Shown: piece by piece, positions 40,955-60,634 of the stretch | Layout: each line of letters starts with the position of its first letter | Position numbering within the stretch: the first letter of the stretch is position 1 | Source: Eledone cirrhosa | Taxonomy: Eukaryota | DNA: 64,000 bases | Assembly (NCBI GenBank): GCA_964016885.1 | Contig: OZ024749.1 | Coordinates: forward strand, 54,188,001 to 54,252,000 | Reading direction: 5' to 3' | Notes under the pieces: model-generated | The model's input: the letters and a program-made list of their open reading frames with translations, nothing else | The model's database searches: none | Told to the model about the DNA's origin: nothing | Made by a program: the position numbers and the translations under genes

Positions 40955-41296
40955 CTCATGTACACACACACACAATATATATATATATATATAGTATAAA
41001 AGAGAAAACACCGGTAAGCATTAAGAGAAGGATTTTATCCAGGTATTTACGACCGTTTCATTGGTAAGTGCAACCTTATATTGCTATACTGCAAATAACA
41101 GCCACTCAATTATAATTGTTGTTCACAGTCCAAATTTTCAAAATAGTGAGTAAGTTACTCTTGAAATACTATATATATATATATATATATATATATTATC
41201 CCATGTACACTCACGCACACACATTCAAAGGCGAAGGTGTGCACATTATTAATATTAATGAAATGCCCCTCGATGTGTTTATGTATGCATTATACG

Positions 41297-41540
41297 GAGA
41301 CATTGCTGTCTGTGTTACACATTGCTTTGTTACACATTGATGTCTGTGTTACACATTGCTTGTTACACATTGCTGTCTCTGTTACACATTGCTGTGTTAC
41401 ACATTGCTGCCTGTGTTACACATTGCTGTCTCTGTTACACATTGCTTTGTTACACATTGCTGTCTGTGTTACACATTGCTTTGTTACATATTGCTGTCTC
41501 TGTTTCACATTGCTCTATTACACACTGCCTTCTGTGTTAT
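41297..41540. repeat. TTACACATTGCT(GTCTGT/TT)G composite minisatellite
   Basis: alternating 15- and 19-bp units. Confidence 0.9.
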
Positions 41541-42444
41541 ACAGTTGAAATAGGTCAACATTAGGTTGGCCTACTGGTAAATGTCGCCATGGTGACCTAT
41601 ATCATCGAAATGGAAGTGGAACGTCATATTGATCTTGATCACCTATTACAATATCTGTGATGTGATTGGTTTCGTTTTTCATTCTTTTATTCATTCGTTC
41701 ATTCATTTATTCTTTCTTTCTTTCTTTCCTCCCTTCTTTCTTTCTTTATTTCCTTCCTTCCTTTTTACCCTTTTCCTTCTTTCCTGACATTTTTCTCTGA
41801 TCTGTTGTGGTTAAAAAGATACAAAGAAAAACAAAAAAGGGCGTGTGAAGATGATGGATGGTGTATTGATGTGTGACTCCAGTAGCGGCAGGACAAAGCA
41901 AACCTATAATCAAAAGCGTTCCTGCCGTGACCATATAGTCGACTTTTTTGCCGACATACAGAGCCCGCCCCCCACCCCGAATCTTACACGATCAATTGCT
42001 TCCCCAACCACCACCACCACCACCACCGCCACTACCACCACCATCATCACTACCACCACCATCACTACCACCACCACTACCACCCACGTGATTAAAGAAA
42101 AAAAAACCGCAGCTGTCCAAGACCCATATATTAAAGTATATATTTCCGTCAACGTTTTGTAGGATTGGATGGTGGACCATTAAAAGATGGAACAAGAAGT
42201 TCAATTCCTCATAACAGCTGATGGCAACTTTTTTTTCTATCTTTTAAAGGTCTTCCCCCTATTTTATAACATCTCTGCGCATGAGTAAATCATTCTTTAT
42301 GTTAACTATAAAAATATATTTCTTTTTCAGACAACGTATGTTTAAACTGGTTGAAAACCACGTAACATGCAAAGGGCAATATAATTTCACTTTAACTATA
42401 TTATGCAAAGGTGATGTCTGCCTCTTGTTTTTTTGTTTTATTTT

Positions 42445-42620
42445 AATAATTGTTTCTACTTTTGGCACTGGGCCAGCAATTAATCCAGTGCTTTATTTTA
42501 TCGACCCCGTAATGATGAAAGGCAAGGTCAACCTCGGCAGGATTTGAACTCAGATCGTAAAGGGATGTAAGTATGCTGGAAAGCATGGCGTCCGACCCTC
42601 TACCGACACTGCCAATCCAA
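42445..42620 (-). mobile_element. SINE family A
   Basis: matches the family A consensus. Confidence 0.8.
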
Positions 42621-43535
42621 ATAATATAGTCTGATTTGTGAAACACTTAACTGATATTTCTAGCATGTCGATTCACCACCTAGAAACCCTACCGTCTCAA
42701 CCTCATAAGGACGATCTAATCGCAAATGATGGTTAGGGAATAGTAATAAAATAGATGGCGAGTGATTGACGATTTAAAGTGTGTGGTTATAGGGTTTGAG
42801 TTGATTGGAGAGAAAGGGTGAGAAAGGTACAATAGGCAATGATGTGGAAACTTGATACGGTTGACTGAATTGATCGGTAGCTTCCCTGAAAACTATTTTT
42901 ATTTATCCCATTATGATTACCACTATCACCCCATCGATTAACAACTGACGCTGCTGCTGCTACTACTAATACAACTACTAGTATTACTATTATCATTATT
43001 ACTACTACTACTGCTGTTACTGCTACCTCTGAAGAGGGGTTACTAAAACCTGCGTTTTAAGCAATTTGTTACATTCTCAGCGTATATTTCTTTTTATTAA
43101 TATACTTTATATTTCAAACCATACAAGATATCTGTATTGAGCACCCTAAAATAATTAATCAATTGTAATTAACTAATTAACTAATCTACGTTATAAGCGC
43201 ATGCAATCCTTTTCAATATCGGCTGAACAGTTTAAAAGTATTACATAAGACAACATTGAGCTAATTTTTTTTTTTTTTTTTTTTTTTTTTCTTTTGAACA
43301 AATATCAAAGCGACAAGGCCGGAACGTCTTGCGCTGAGAGTTGTTCACACTCTGATGAAGGGGTTTGAAGTCCCGAAATATTAGGACGAAAAAAGAAATA
43401 ATAATAATAAATAATAGGTAACACACAAACTTCTTCGCTGCCTTCATTTAAACTAAATTTAACAGTCTATTTCGTACTATCATTGTCTTATTAAAACAAG
43501 TTCATTTTCTACATTATATGCAAGTAACAACATTC

Positions 43536-43599
<64 letters not shown>

Positions 43600-45529
43600 A
43601 TAATAATAAATTTGAAGACTAAAATCCAAAGAGGGCTCGATAAGGATAAATATATATCAAATATATAAGAACCCTAGAGCAAATATTTATTAAAATAACA
43701 GATTAAAGGGTGAAAGCAGCGGTTCTTTGCTTAAACTTTAATCTGTTATTTTAATAAATATATATATATATATATATATAAAAGACACCTTTAAAAAGAC
43801 TCCAGTTGCATTTTCGATTTCTTTCATCCATGAAGGTGTCGGTTCGAGTCCCACATATGCTATTTACCCCCCCCCCCCCCTCCGTTAAGGGTTCTTATAT
43901 ATCCAATTATTTAGTGTATTTTTCTATAGTAAAAAAAAAATTAGTGCAACTTCTAACCTTCACTTTGCTGCATATATATGTGTGTGTATATGTGTGTGAA
44001 TGTATTTGTGTGTGTGTATGTAAATTTAGAGAGGGTGGAGATAGGGTGGAGGTTAATTTATTCACCAGACATTTCCCTTGTTGCCTGATGTATCTTACTC
44101 TATATGAATATAGGATATTTTTGAGATGTTTTTTTTCTATTATGTTGTAAAAGAAATATTTTTAAATAGAGGGTTCGTAAGTACATTTATTAATATTGTC
44201 ATTAGAATGTCAACAACAACAGCACATTGTTATTATTATTATCCTCTTAATGTAAACCCTATGTGGCTAATAAAGAAATCATTATTATTATTGTTGCTGT
44301 TGTTGCTACTATTGTTATTGTTGTTGTTGTTATTATTGTTGTTGTTGTTGTTTTCATTTCTGTTCTCTGTTCTTTTGAAATTTTCAGTGATTTAAATATT
44401 TTTATTCAGTCGGACTGAGTGCAAAACTTTTGTTAAAATGGAAGTTAAAATTGCAGAATATACTTACCATGAAAGTAAGATATTGTTTACATTTGTTATA
44501 TACTGTGTGTATAATTATATATTATATATATTATATATATATATATGTTCGTTTCTGTGATAGATATCAATCTTTCTCATCAGTTCCTTTAGTCTAGTCA
44601 TGTTTTCACTTCTCCCCACACAGAAAACAGAGGTTTTGATGGTTATTTCTGATAGGTTTCAAGAGACATCAACAATTGTACACAATAAGAACTAGGGAAA
44701 TCAACAATGGGAAGAAACTAGAACAGATATAACAACAACAACTACTACAAAAACAACAACTACTACAACAACCACTACAACAACTACAATAACTACAACA
44801 ACCACAACGATAAAATATGATAAGAAATATGAACATGTTGGGAATGATAAAACGAACAACAACAACATCGATGACAACAATGACATCAAAAAATTAAAAC
44901 ATTAATATTTATTATTATTTTTTCTATATTATCAGAGGGTAGTTGATGCCAGAACGATCGAATGTTGGAAATTATTATTATCTATAATATTATTCAGCCT
45001 GTTAAAACTTATTTTCATACATGTGTTGGAGTGTTACCATTTAAAACAAACTTCAACTATGGAAGGAAGTCGAAGATATAAACGAAACATTTAATTTTGT
45101 GAAACCTGTTCGAACGTGTCGCTTTAAACTAATTTGAAACTATGGAACAAAATGAGGAGCATAATCGACACCATTTACTGAAATTTAAGCATTGTTCACG
45201 TGTTAGGTTATTTCCTGAGGAAGGAGACCCGTGAGGTGGGGTGGCTGTTGCAGTGTGTGTCGCTAGCCAATGTCCGCGGGGTGCAGTCAAAACACTCCTC
45301 TGACCTTGGTGTAGAGTCTGTCACCCTCTCCCCTTCCCTCTTTCTTTCTTCCTTTGTCTAGTAATCCTTGCTCTTCCCCTCCATTTATGACATTTATAGT
45401 CTTTTCCAATGCTGCTTTCTTGTTCTGTATGATAAAGTTTCCTAACCACAGAACGAAATATTAGAAGAAGGTGTAATGAAAATCTTTGATATAAGGAAAT
45501 TCTGCTATGAAGAATTATAAATTTTGAAT

Positions 45530-45730
45530 CAAAATAACAATTTTCCGGGGTGGGGAGAAAGTAAATTAAATCAACCCCCAATACATTACTGGTACTTCAT
45601 TTTATGGATACCGTAAGGATGAAAGTCAAAGCTAACCTTGGCGGGATTTGAACTCAGAACGTAAACGGATGTAACTATATGCCACAAAGCCTATTATCCG
45701 ACGCTCTACCGATTACTACAAATCTACCAC
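45530..45730 (-). mobile_element. SINE family A
   Basis: matches the family A consensus. Confidence 0.8.
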
Positions 45731-46357
45731 CCTAATATGTAATAACATTTAAAACCAAACACAAATAAAAAATATACCAAATAAATACATAGATAAATAC
45801 AATAAAAATAAGAAGAGAAAGGTAAACCAAATAAATAATAAAGGACCAACTGTTTAAGCCAGAACTTCGTAAGCTACATCCGGGTGAAACCAGATTATTT
45901 AATGGATGTATGTCGCATCCATTTTGTTTTTGTTGTTTGCATTGGTTGTGTGTTTTTCTTAACAAAAACAAGAAGTGGAGAGTATGACATGTTGATACGC
46001 TAATGGCGACTGGAAGCTTTGCGGGTGTTAAGCTCTGGCGACATTCTAACAGAGTTCCACTTCGCTTAAAAACCTTTTAAGCTAATCTGTGTGTCGACAA
46101 GTAAAACCCAGCCAACAAAACAAACACACATAATTCTCTCATGGCATCTCCTCATCTCCTTGCAATATCGTCTCATCTCATCTCCTCTCCATAACACATA
46201 TTTCTATCACTAGGTTTTCGAGGTATTGGTTTGATTTCCGACGGCTAGTCGCCTTCGTCTACTTGTGAGATGAGAGCGAAACCGGCGGACGGGTCGATGT
46301 TAATGAATAATGAATAGTCAGGAATTATACACAGACACACACAGTGTCACATGCACA

Positions 46358-50960
<4,603 letters not shown>

Positions 50961-51034
50961 GTTCAAGAATAGACAAAACAAACAGCGATGCAAATTCATA
51001 CACACACATATATACATACATATATATATATCAT

Positions 51035-51074
<40 letters not shown>

Positions 51075-51864
51075 ACACACACATGCTCTCTGTGCAATTG
51101 CATATACACAGATAACACCCTGGGATCTATATTTATTCAAATATACAAACATATCTATATATTTATAAACATGTGTGTGTGTGTGTGTGTGTGTAGTGTA
51201 AGAGTGAGCGACATGCATACAGATAGACAGACAGACGTACATATACGTGTGTATGTGTGTATGTGTCTGTATGTATGTGTGAGTGCTCCAGATTAGTGTA
51301 TGTACGTAAAATACTTTTGAGTGTATGTATCTTTACCGTAGATTAAGTAGCCTTCATTTGTAGGCCTTTGAAAGCCTGTACTAATATTGTCACTTAAGTG
51401 TAAGCTTTTGAATATATAGAGAGCAGCGTAGGTACATTGATGGGGATATATGTGTGTGTGTGTTTGTATGATAGAGTGTGTGTGTATGGCAGTGTGTGTT
51501 GCTGTGGGTTTGGAGATGTGTCCGGATAAAAGAGAATAAACGAAAGTGAAACAGATACATACATATAAACATATATAGGAACGATCGACTTTCGTCAAAT
51601 CGTACCGAGGAAAAAATGTTTCCGTTGGTCTTTCTAATTGCTAGTACTATCTATCGGTCGCAACTCCAGGTAGAAGGAGCAACGTGAAATAAAGTGTCTT
51701 GCTCAAGGACATAACGCATCGCCTGGTCCAGGAATTGAACTCACAACCTCACGATTGCGAATCCAATTCTCTAACCACTCAGCCACAAGCCTTCACTATA
51801 TGTACATAAATACACACTGACAGACAGAATCTGAGAAAGAGTGACAGAACAAACGGTAAGAAGA

Positions 51865-51910
<46 letters not shown>

Positions 51911-52363
51911 TGTCATATCACCTTTGCTGTGCTCAATAATAACGGTTGCTTTAGGCACAAGGCCAGTAATTTGGGGGTTGGGGAAAGTCGATTAAATCGA
52001 CCTCAGTACGTTACTGGTACTTTATTTATCGACACTATACCACCTCTACTCAACTAAATACTAATGTTCAGTGTACAGAAGACTGACAAAAGCTACATCC
52101 ACGTTAATACAAATCTCGTGTTTAATCACATGATGGAATTACTGTTGATTATTCATAGAAACTGAAGTGGAATGGAATAACAAATATCTGTCTCTAAGTA
52201 ATTCAACTTAATTTAATTGTTTTGATTGGAATATTGGGGTGTTCGGCTTGTTCGTTACTAGTTGCTATATATGTATATATGTGTTTCTGTATATAGGTAG
52301 ATGTGTATGTACGTATGTGTTTATGTATATAAATACATATATGTAGATATGTATTTATAATGT

Positions 52364-52398
<35 letters not shown>

Positions 52399-52638
52399 AT
52401 GTACACACACATATACATATATATCTAGTTTTTGTGGGGAGAGGTACTCAAGTACTTCTGCATCTATTTATTTATATGTATGTGTATAACTACATTATAT
52501 ACACATAGTTACTGTATATGTGTATCTATATATATATACACACACACATTTGTGCATTTAGTTATTCGCATGCATGCGTATATACATGCATATACACACA
52601 CGTATAGATAGATATACAAATATATATATGTATATATT

Positions 52639-52707
<69 letters not shown>

Positions 52708-53705
52708 TTTTCCTGTACATCTACATGTACTGAGGTGAGTTTTTTTGTTTTTGATTTTTTCTTTTACATTTGCGTTTGGGGCATTTTTTGTTTCTTTTTT
52801 TTTGTTTTTTATTTTTGTTTTAATCGCCGATTTTGCATCCTTCGTTTTAATGGTGTTAGTTTATCTGATTTGTTTTGCTTTTCTATAATAGTTATTATCT
52901 AGTTTTTGTTGTTGCTGTGTTGTTGTTGCTAGCAAAAGCCGCGATCATTCATTAGAGATTGGACTAAGTGTCCATAAATGTTTGGTCTTTCTGTTTGTTT
53001 CTGCTGTAGAAGGTTGCCATAAAAATTGCTCTACTGGTGTGTCAGAGTGTCTTGAAAGCTTTCTGGGTATATTTTTTTTATTTTTGTTAGTCTTACTGGC
53101 AACGGATGACGAACAACCCAGCATTATATCTATACTACATAGTTTTGTTTCAGAGGAAAACTTATTGAATAGACAAAAAATATATAGAAACGTTAACAGA
53201 AATGAAAAAAAAAAAAAAGGAGAAAAGATTCGTACGAGATGCTGGGTAATCGATGGCGGGAAGTGACCAGTCGGAAAATGGCAATATTATGGTGAGAACT
53301 GTGCAGGATGACTGTCTGCAGATACGCATTTCAAATATGTTCTTTCTTCCGGACTATTAAACTAACAATCCATCTGTCACTCTGTTTGTCGTCCTCTTTA
53401 TTGTTTCACTTTTTATTAGCTGTTATGACCCTTTTCCTTATTCGTTATTTTGTTCTAAAACACTCCCTGCCGCTCCCCTCAAAACCTTCATTCTATCTAT
53501 CTGTCTGTCTACCTCTTTCTCTCAATATATATATATTTACTTATTTTATAGATATATAGATATTTATATATATAAACATATATTCACATATATATATATA
53601 TATAAACACACACACACATCTACATACAAACACACACACACATCTATATACAAACACACACACACACATCTATATATAAACACACACACATCTATATATA
53701 TATAT

Positions 53706-53761
<56 letters not shown>

Positions 53762-53771
53762 CTATATACAA

Positions 53772-53804
<33 letters not shown>

Positions 53805-54656
53805 TATACACACATACATGTCTCTCTAACCTATCATAATTTCAACGTCTCCACTGTGTTCCCTGAATCATGTTTACAAACTTCCTTTTAGCTCACACAT
53901 CTACCTCCTCCTCCTCTTCTTTGCTCCTCCTTTTCCCCCAACTCAACACCCCCCCCCCTCCTCCAGCTCTTCTACACATGACTTTTTACTCTATAGTCAT
54001 CTATATCTACTTGTGATTTATCAAAGTATTTCATGTCTTTTCTCATACATTTATATTTTCCTCTTGAAACAAAATGGCTGCCTGCGTTAGATTCAATACT
54101 CAACATTCAGAATATCCTGTTCCAAGTTCAAATCTATACAGACAAGCTACACCTTTTCTGATCAGTGCACATAATTCTCATACGAACTTACATAAATACA
54201 TACATACAGACTGACATACCCACAGGCACACTTCGGTATTGAGTACTCTTTTCGCTGTCTATGTATGTATGGTCCTGTAACACCTCACAGAGTCGTAGGG
54301 ACGCCATATTGACATGTTAAGCCTGGCTGAGCTCATCCCTCTCAATGGCCTGGGTACAACAGATTAATTCCAGAGAAAAGATAGAAAGTGAGAGAGAGAG
54401 AGGAAATGAGAAAGAGATATAGAGGAAGAATCAACCCCAGTACTAAACTGGTACTTTTTTTTTATCGATCTCGAAAGGATGAAAGGCAAAGTCGTCAACC
54501 ACATACGGATATATATGTCTAACCCATGCTAGCGTGGAAGATAGACGTAAAACGATGATGATGATATGTATAGATAGATAGATAGATAGATCCGTATGTG
54601 GTTGAAGACTTTGCTTTACGAGGAATTGACCTCGCCGGTCAAGCGCTTTGATTGAT

Positions 54657-54690
<34 letters not shown>

Positions 54691-54766
54691 CAAAGGAATT
54701 GTGGTAAGGAACCAGATGAACCATAACGCACCAGAGTACTCAATACTTAGGGTAGTAGGGTGGCAA

Positions 54767-54884
54767 ATAGGAAAAAGTATGACCCCGACGGCAGAGCTCA
54801 AGCCGTTTCGACGGCTATTTCTGGACTAGAAATAGAAATAGCCGTCGAAACGGCTTGAGCTCTGCCGTCGGGGTCATACTTTTT

Positions 54885-54889
<5 letters not shown>
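54767..54889. repeat. Perfect inverted repeat with 56-bp arms and an 11-nt spacer
   Basis: 54767-54822 is the reverse complement of 54834-54889. Confidence 0.95.
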
Positions 54890-54922
<33 letters not shown>

Positions 54923-55304
54923 TATATATATATATATATGTTTCCTATATATATATATATGCGTACGAGCCTGCATGTGTATATATGTGCGTATGCCTGT
55001 GTATTACAAAAGTGTCGTATTCTCTGTGTGTGTGTGTGTATGCAGTGCAACAGTTGCCACTGTGACCATACCGTTGTCAAAACAGCCGGTGGTATGATTA
55101 ACTTCTATTTGGGCCAAAGACAGTGACCACACATAGTGACCGTCGTTGGTTTAATGTAATAGCTTTGTAGGCTGACAAATTATCTTGGTACGCTTCACTT
55201 ACCCTAACTTACGCTGCATCAGGTCTGTGGGGACATTTTTTTTTAAATGAATAATCATGCTTATCTGTAGAATAGTACAGGAATCCACACTTCTGTGTAT
55301 ATGC

Positions 55305-55403
<99 letters not shown>

Positions 55404-55444
55404 TGTGTATATATATATAAATATGCATACATAAGTGTGTATGT

Positions 55445-55498
<54 letters not shown>

Positions 55499-55610
55499 GT
55501 GTTTATAGATATACATATATATTTATTTACATACATCTGTGTGCGTGTGTATATATATATAGAGAGAGGGGGAGAGGAGAGAGGGGGAGAGAGAGAGAGA
55601 GGAGAGAGAG

Positions 55611-55654
<44 letters not shown>

Positions 55655-55840
55655 TAATCTTGTTTATGCTAGATTTACAGTATGACCAGAGGTCATTTTC
55701 GTCTTGATTATTAATTAAGATACAAAATATTTAGACTCTTCCGTCTTGACTTCGGCTTTTTACTCATTTTCTGTCTCGCTACACACATGAAGATATGTTT
55801 GAATGTACTTTTATATGCGTGTGTGTGTGTGTGTGTGTGT

Positions 55841-55897
<57 letters not shown>

Positions 55898-55998
55898 CAT
55901 AGAGAGAGGAAGAGAGAGATAAAACAGGTAAAGTGAGACAGATTTGTTTCAAATTGTATATGTTTCTTTATATATGATTATGTGTACATGCTTTTTGC

Positions 55999-56065
<67 letters not shown>

Positions 56066-56459
56066 GTGTGTGTGTGTGTGTGTGTAGTTGTGCTATTGTG
56101 TTAGTGTCCGTATGAGATATTCTAATATATATTAAAGAATCAATGTTATGTATGAACAACTGACCTATATATTCTCTTGTTCCACAGAAACATCTTTCCT
56201 TACGGAGATGGATACAAAGATATACTGAGATTCCCCCAGAATCACACACACATCTATTGGGGTTATTACCTACGATGAAATTAAATTCCAAACATGGCCA
56301 TCCATCCTTTATTATATATTAAATAATACCTAATCCAATTTGACCTTTTCTGTGAGAGTAAGATGTGTGATTTGAAGGATATTTGGCTGCTATTTCTACC
56401 GCTTCATCTACTCGTCGGTGGTTCTATAATCCAAGCCAATTCATTCTTATGCCAAGGTC

Positions 56460-56675
56460 AACGAGTTGGCAAAGTCGGTAGAGCGCTGGGCAGATGTGTA
56501 GCAGTATTTGTTCCTACTCTTTACGTTCTAAGTTCAAATCGTGTCGGCGTCAACTTCACTTTTCAGTCTTTCCGATGTTGAGAAAATAAAGTACCAGTAA
56601 AATACTGGGGTGGATTTATTCGACTTTTCTTTCCTCTTCTCCCAAATTGCTGGTCTTGTACCGAAGCTAGAAGGG
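56460..56675 (+). mobile_element. SINE family A, diverged
   Basis: matches the family A consensus. Confidence 0.75.
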
Positions 56676-57674
56676 ATTATTATAGCAAACACAGCCACCA
56701 CACAACCCACAACGAGGCCATCTTTACTAATAAACCAAATAAAATGTATCTTCTAGAACAGTATGGCTGTAATATATGGAAATGTGTAAAGATTCCACTC
56801 CAGAAATAATGGAGTGGACTTTAAAGTAGGCCGAATTATTTTATTGATAAAGAGAACACGTGAAGGTTGTTTTGTTTTGTTGTTTTATCAAATAATCCTG
56901 GGAGATAATAAATCATTTCTATGTGATGGTCTATGAAAACGCATGCGTCCATGGCAACAACAACAACAATAACAATAACAACAGCAACAATAACAATAAC
57001 AACAACAACAACAACAACAACAAGGAGAGATAGCAGCGGGGGGGGGATGATAAAATTAATAACAGCCATATGATTATTTTGGTATGTATTATTATTTTTG
57101 TATTTGATTTGTCCCAGTGGAATTATGATATCAATCTGTAAACAAAATAGATACATGATATTATATTGGGAGAGAGGGAGAGAGGAGAGGAAGGGGGCGA
57201 CAGAGAGAGGGGAGGATAAGGAAAGAGAAAGAGAGAAGGTAAAGAAAGATATAGAGAGGGGGGGAGAAATAGGGAGAGAAAGAGAGTGGGGTAGAGAAAA
57301 TGAGAAAGCGAGAGTGGTGGGAGAGATAGAGCCAGAGGATGAGAAAGAGAGAAAGAGTGAGAGAGAGAAAGAGAGAAAGGGTGAGAGAGAGAAAGAGAGA
57401 AAGAGTGAGAGAGAGAAAGAGTGAGAGAGAGAAAGAGAGAAAGAGTGAGAGAGAGAAAGAGAGAAAGAAATGAATTAAAGATGAACCTAATAAAAAAACT
57501 GTATATGAAGAGTTAGTAATTTGGTTTGAAATAAGAGCCGAGATAAGGATTTACATTAGCAGGTTGTAGATATATAAAATATAAGACGGTGATCGAAACC
57601 AGCGCCATAATAAAAATCTAATCGGAGAGATAATCACTGGGAGTTTTATATGTCTTCTGTAGCTATATGTTGGT

Positions 57675-57964
57675 AGTGTGTGGATGTAGAGGTGTGTGTG
57701 GATGTAGAGGTGTGTGTGTGTAGAGGTGTGTGTGGATGTGGATGTAGAGGTGTGTGGATGTAGAGGTGTGTGTGGATGTAGAGGTGTGTGTGTCGATGTA
57801 GTGGGCTGTGTGGATGTGGATGTAGAGGTGTGTGTGGATGTAGAGGTGTGTGTGGATGTAGAGGTGTGTGTGTGTAGAGGTGTATGTGGATGTAGAGGTG
57901 TGTGTGTCGATGTAGTGGGCTGTGTGGATGTGGATGTAGAGGTGTGTGGATGTAGAGGTGTGTG

Positions 57965-57965
<1 letters not shown>
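57675..57965. repeat. GTGGATGTAGAGGTGT minisatellite
   Basis: 16-18 bp units. Confidence 0.9.
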
Positions 57966-58013
<48 letters not shown>

Positions 58014-58249
58014 GTGCATTTATACATACCTACATACTTACTGCATACGTGCACACACACATATATCTATATATATATATATATATATGCATATATACGT
58101 GCGTATTATGTATATAAGAGTTGATATGCAGATAGGTAAACCCCTCCCTCCGCTGCCACATATATATGTATATATGCACATTACACATACATATTTATAT
58201 TACATATATACATATATATATATACATATATATAGACATATATATAGAC

Positions 58250-58286
<37 letters not shown>

Positions 58287-58289
58287 GAC

Positions 58290-58356
<67 letters not shown>

Positions 58357-58509
58357 TATATATAGACATATAGACATATATATATATAATAAGGAGTTGA
58401 CGGAGCCAGCATATTTATCAATGCCAGTACCGGTTGTATCTCAGGGTACTCCATGGGCAATGTAGGATACATTCCCAGAGTATACACATGTACAGAGATA
58501 GGTGGATGG

Positions 58510-58960
58510 ACAGAGACAAGACAGACAGGTAGATAGACAGACAGGTAGATAGACAGACAGGTAGATAGACAGACAGGTAGATAGACAGGTAGATAGACAG
58601 ACAGGTAGATAGACAGACAGGTAGATAGACAGGTAGATAGACAGACAGACAGGTAGATAGACAGACAGACAGATAGATAGACAGACAGACAGGTAGATAG
58701 ACAGACAGACAGGTAGATAGACAGACAGACAGGTAGATAGACAGGTAGATAGACAGGTAGATAGACAGGTAGATAGACAGGTAGATAGACAGACAGACAG
58801 GTAGATAGACAGACAGGTAGATAGACAGACAGACAGGTAGACAGACAGACAGGTAGATAGACAGGTAGACAGACAGACAGGTAGACAGACAGACAGGTAG
58901 ATAGACAGGTAGACAGACAGGTAGACAGACAGACAGGTAGACAGACAGACAGGTAGATAG
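58510..58960. repeat. (GACA)n-GGTA-GATA compound tetranucleotide array
   Basis: direct reading. Confidence 0.95.
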
Positions 58961-59399
58961 AGTTGATGTTGTGGAGCCGTACCTGGAGCCAACCAGACAT
59001 TAACTGAAACAACATAAATAAAGTGGAGTAATCATTTTTTTCTTTTATCCAAAAGAGAATTGTCTTCGACGTTTTTGGCATTAGATTTGGTTAACCACTT
59101 CCTTCTAATAAGATGCCTGTGTGTGTGTTTGTGTGTCTGTCTGTCTGTCTGTGTGTGTGTGTGTGTCTGTGTGTGTGTGTGTAGGTATCTATTCATTAAA
59201 AGTTTAGAAGTTTCAACGTTTTTTTATTTATTTATTATGGAAACTACTTGTAAGTCCCTGGGGTCACCCTGTCAACAGTTTCGTGTCCAGGGGATTTTAT
59301 ACCCAATTTATTAGACTGGTTTTCATATTCAAACGAAAGACGTGCAGCTTTACAACTTTCCATAAATACATGTCCGCTCAACGTTTCGAAAAGGTAGAT

Positions 59400-59427
<28 letters not shown>

Positions 59428-59430
<3 letters not shown>

Positions 59431-59680
59431 GTTATGTAATAAACAACACAAGGCAATTATTCCATTTACCAGTGGTTTCTTAAAAGCAAAAAATGTTGTT
59501 TTCAATCATCAGAATGAAAAAATCCTGGTCTGATGATTGAAAGCAAAATTTGTTTGCTTTTAAGAAACCACTGGTAAATGGAATAATTGCCTTATGTTGT
59601 TTATTACATAACTATTAAGCTCTGTTACCTACATAGAGCACTCTTTTTTCCTGGACTTTTCCGACGGAATTACTTCATTT
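59428..59680. mobile_element. Internally deleted copy of the 40315 fold-back element
   Basis: same termini and tail, ~85-bp arms. Confidence 0.75.
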
Positions 59681-59716
59681 ATATATATATATATATTATC
59701 CCATGTACACATACAC

Positions 59717-59719
<3 letters not shown>

Positions 59720-59761
<42 letters not shown>

Positions 59762-60100
59762 TATATATATTTATATATACTATATTTTTATATATAGTAT
59801 ATATATATACTATATATATATACTATATACATATATATAGTATATATATATATACTATATATATATAGTATATATATATATACTATATATATATAGTATA
59901 TATATATATATATACTATATACATATATATAGTATATATATATACTATATATATATAGTATATATATATATATATACTATATATATATATATATATATAC
60001 TATATATATATACTATATATATATATACTATATATATACTATATATATATACTATATATATAAATACTATATATATATATATATATACTATATATATAAA

Positions 60101-60131
<31 letters not shown>

Positions 60132-60450
60132 CTATATATATATACTATATATATATATACTATATATATATATATATATATACTATATATATATATACTA
60201 TATATATATATACTATATATATATATATATATATACTATATATATATATACTATATATATATATACTATATATATATATATATATACTATATATATATAT
60301 ACTATATATATATATATACTATATATATATACTATATATATATATATTTTGCTTAAACTTTAATCTGTTATTTTAAGAAATAGTATATATATATATATAT
60401 ATAGTATATATATATATATATAGTGTATATATATATATATATATATATAG

Positions 60451-60481
<31 letters not shown>

Positions 60482-60590
60482 TATATATATATATATATAT
60501 ATATACAGTATATATATATATATATATATATATACAGTATATATATATATATATATATATACAGTATATATATATATATATATATATACA

Positions 60591-60634
<44 letters not shown>

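Noticed and set aside
41746-42204. Overlapping short ORFs, one with a signal-peptide-like start (MVTAGTLLIIGLLC)
   Set aside because: Built from a reversed copy of the interspersed repeat seen at ~2225-2270 plus (CAC)n; no splice or homology support.
52930-53340. Unique sequence with two CCATAAA (posterior Hox/Cdx-like) sites and a 94-aa ORF
   Set aside because: Short motifs are expected by chance in AT-rich DNA; no conservation data to support an enhancer or gene.
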